Assembly: GCA_030141605.1 (NCBI GenBank)
Contig: JAQGDQ010000030.1
Span: 603,171 to 667,170, forward strand
Length of the DNA stretch: 64,000 nt
Reading direction: 5' to 3'
From: Tubiluchus corallicola
Lineage: Eukaryota > Animalia > Priapulida
The notes under the pieces: generated by a model
The model's input: only the letters and a program-made list of their open reading frames with translations
What the model was told of the DNA's origin: nothing
Database searches by the model: none
Translations under genes and position numbers: made by a program
In this document: piece after piece, positions 61,471-64,000 of the stretch
Numbering within the stretch: position 1 is the first letter of the stretch
Layout of the letters: the number at the start of each line of letters is the position of its first letter

Positions 61471-64000
61471 GAGGAGGAGGAGGAGGAGGAGAGATTTAAA
61501 AAAACTTACATTCTTTGGAGTCCAGGCTAGCTTGTAGCAAATATATATTGGTATCTGTATCATAGACATCAGTCCCATAGTCCAGCCTATAGCTTGTGCC
61601 CACAGTGGGTACTCATAATAAAATATGCTGTTACTGAGATAGAGAGGCTTATAGCGGGCAATGTTGAAAACAAACATAGCCTGAAATTACGAATTCCTAT
61701 AAGCCAGGTTAGCCATTAATCGACTTCCACACATGTCAGATACAATACTAGTACAGCAAAACTTTAAACAGAGCTTTGCAAAGAATCTAGTTAAAGAAAG
61801 AACTGAGAGAAAGAAGTATGTTTTGTATCATTTCTTTGTAAGAAAAAATGTGAATGAACCAAAATAAATGATTGCTTTTCACTTGTTTTCTTTCATGTCT
61901 GTCATGACTCACGAATCAATCTGAAATGTCAACTTACTTCATTCATTTGAAAAGTGAATGAGTTTAAAATCATTTACCATAGTTGTAACCGGTGTAAGAA
62001 TGACCCAGCAGATTTTTAGCCATGGATTAATTTTAAAGCCAACCATCAAGGCAATGTTACTATAGAATCTGTTTGCTCCTGAAATGTAAGAAAAATACGT
62101 TTAAGATGTACCTTGCTTCAGCGTTAATATTATATTTGCCGATAATACATAGTTTCGTGCTCAGAAACACGTTGCTGTAATAAAAATCCGAAATTATTAG
62201 TTCAAAGCAGCATTTGATACTTCTAAATTTTCAATGGCAATGTAAAGACACTGTTGTGGCAGAAAATCTTTAAAAAAGTTTGTGACTGTTTCTTAACTAA
62301 TAAAGCGGTTTGAGATAATAGGTAATTGCCATTTTTGAAACAATCCAGTATTTTGAGATACATGTATTCCAGTATCAGCAGTTGTCACGGACTGCACCTT
62401 ATTCATTGTAATAACCGTTATTGCTTTTGTTCTGTAGTATGCCTAGCAGAAAAGTGTAATGTGTTGTGCTGCTCCCTTCGTTAAGAATTCAATCAACAGC
62501 AATAATGGATGAGTCTGTTAATGAAGGTTTTTGACTTACCATAAACCCAGCCAATAGAAATGCACTCAAACAAGCAAAACCAGAGCATGGTCATTCCGCT
62601 CACGGCATAGTAGTCCCAGAGATAGAACACGTATAACCCGCCCTATATAGACAAAAATTACATTTTAACAGGATAAGAAATTGGGAATAGAATTGAAATC
62701 TATACGAAGCCACTACCTTAACAGTAAAACAATAACTATTTTTCACATGTAACATCCATAATGAAATATCTACAGATGGAAAAATGCCGCTTTTTAATAT
62801 AGTCCATTTTCTTTCAGTAGTTGCACTGATATTATTTATTCAAACCCCGAATTCACAAAAAATATTCCTGTAAAGCAGAGAAAATATGCTGGGTTTAACT
62901 GCATAGTGGTAATCTGAATGCAACAACATTTCTATTGTTAGCGTGGAAACCATTTTCAATTTCAAATGATAAATCTCCATCATAATAATTTTCAGCATCA
63001 TCTGTGGGTCACTTATTAAACAAAAAATATGTATCGAATTATGCAGTTATTATATAATTAAAATTGCTTACGTTTGTCACCATAGACAAGCCAAGGAGGA
63101 ATGATACAAATGACACCACGGCAATGAAGGTTTCCCGTCGGTATTTACCGTAGAGTTGTTTGGGAAATACATCGACTACAGCAGTGACAAACCCTTCCAC
63201 ACCAACAAACTATAAGCCAAAACCAAACACAGTGTTATGTAATTACAAATCAGTTCCGAAATATTGCAAAAAAGTAATAAAAACAGCAACAGTTAATATC
63301 ATCATATCATACGTCAATTACTAGCATTGGGCAGGCAGAATTCTAAAATAAAAAATCTGCCCTCAAGACAGGTAAACAAATCAGTTAATCTAGCAGAAAA
63401 GTGGACACTGCTAATATGCCAGCACAAGTCAGCACCACTTCTGACTAAAACTACAATATCTAAAACTAAAACAACAATTAAAATACTATTATTGCAGTAG
63501 CATCACATCACGGCAAAGAGAAAGAATTAAATGTTGCTGATACAGATATACACACTAGACAGTTGCAACAATTTACTTTGTGCTGCAATGTGTACTAGAA
63601 ATTTAATACTGTACCTCACATAATTTCAAGTTGCAAGTACCATAATATGGTGACTGCATCACTGCAAGTGATTTTCTCTAAGACAAACTGATTTTCTGTC
63701 AAATTAATTTAGAAAAGCAAAATTAAAAAATAGGATTGGTTAAAAAAACTAAGAAGAACGATGTATAGTTACAACCATTAGCCTAATATAGTAATATGGT
63801 TCAAACCATGATACAATACCTTACACAAATTATTATAAAAGAAATATTTATAAAGAGTGTTTATTTTATCCGATGTATTTTGACGATTTTCTGTTTTACT
63901 TGGTGTACATCCTTGTTGCGATTGATAGATCTCAAGATTTATTTATTCCACTTTATACTAAGCAAACGCGACCTTTCTAGGCATAAAAGCACTATCATCT
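59950..64000. repeat. Segmental tandem duplication of the SLC6 locus (homologous to ~38900-46875)
   Basis: Colinear homology of 3' flank, exons and introns. Examples: aaataaagtcaccggttatgg near 39055 and 60105; caaccctcctatgagaagttgtatcttgtagtcgac near 41697 and 60832; ttctaggcataaagcact near 46853 and 63975. Confidence 0.95.
60954..63209 (-). CDS. SLC6 transporter tandem paralog (copy 2; last five exons, gene continues beyond the window)
   Basis: Exons 63072-63209, 62540-62642, 61978-62078, 61510-61680 and 60954-61076 (TAG) have the same lengths, splice sites and near-identical translation as exons 10-14 of copy 1. No stops or frameshifts are visible. Confidence 0.92.

Overview
AT-rich, intron-rich metazoan (invertebrate-type) genomic DNA; no prokaryotic features, RNA genes or CRISPR arrays were seen. 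All exons were reconstructed by hand from GT-AG junctions and translation. Four protein-coding loci are present. (1) The last 9 exons of a type II PKA regulatory subunit (+, 892-11876). (2) A complete 12-exon, ~1045-aa adhesion GPCR (-, 15569-27568) with an unusual ectodomain: signal peptide, 2 cadherin repeats, FN3, 2 EGF, GAIN/GPS, then an ADGRG-like 7TM. (3) A complete 14-exon, ~596-aa SLC6 transporter of the GABA/taurine/creatine clade (-, 41819-58188). (4) The last five exons of a tandem paralog of that transporter (-, 60954 to beyond the window end). Introns and spacers hold many mobile elements: two head-to-tail non-autonomous Helitrons carrying GTG microsatellites and CRE sites inside the PKA gene, hAT elements with 8-bp TSDs (one ~140 bp upstream of the SLC6 start), mariner and LINE relics, and MITEs whose empty sites are visible in the paralog. 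One SLC6 intron is inverted between the two copies.
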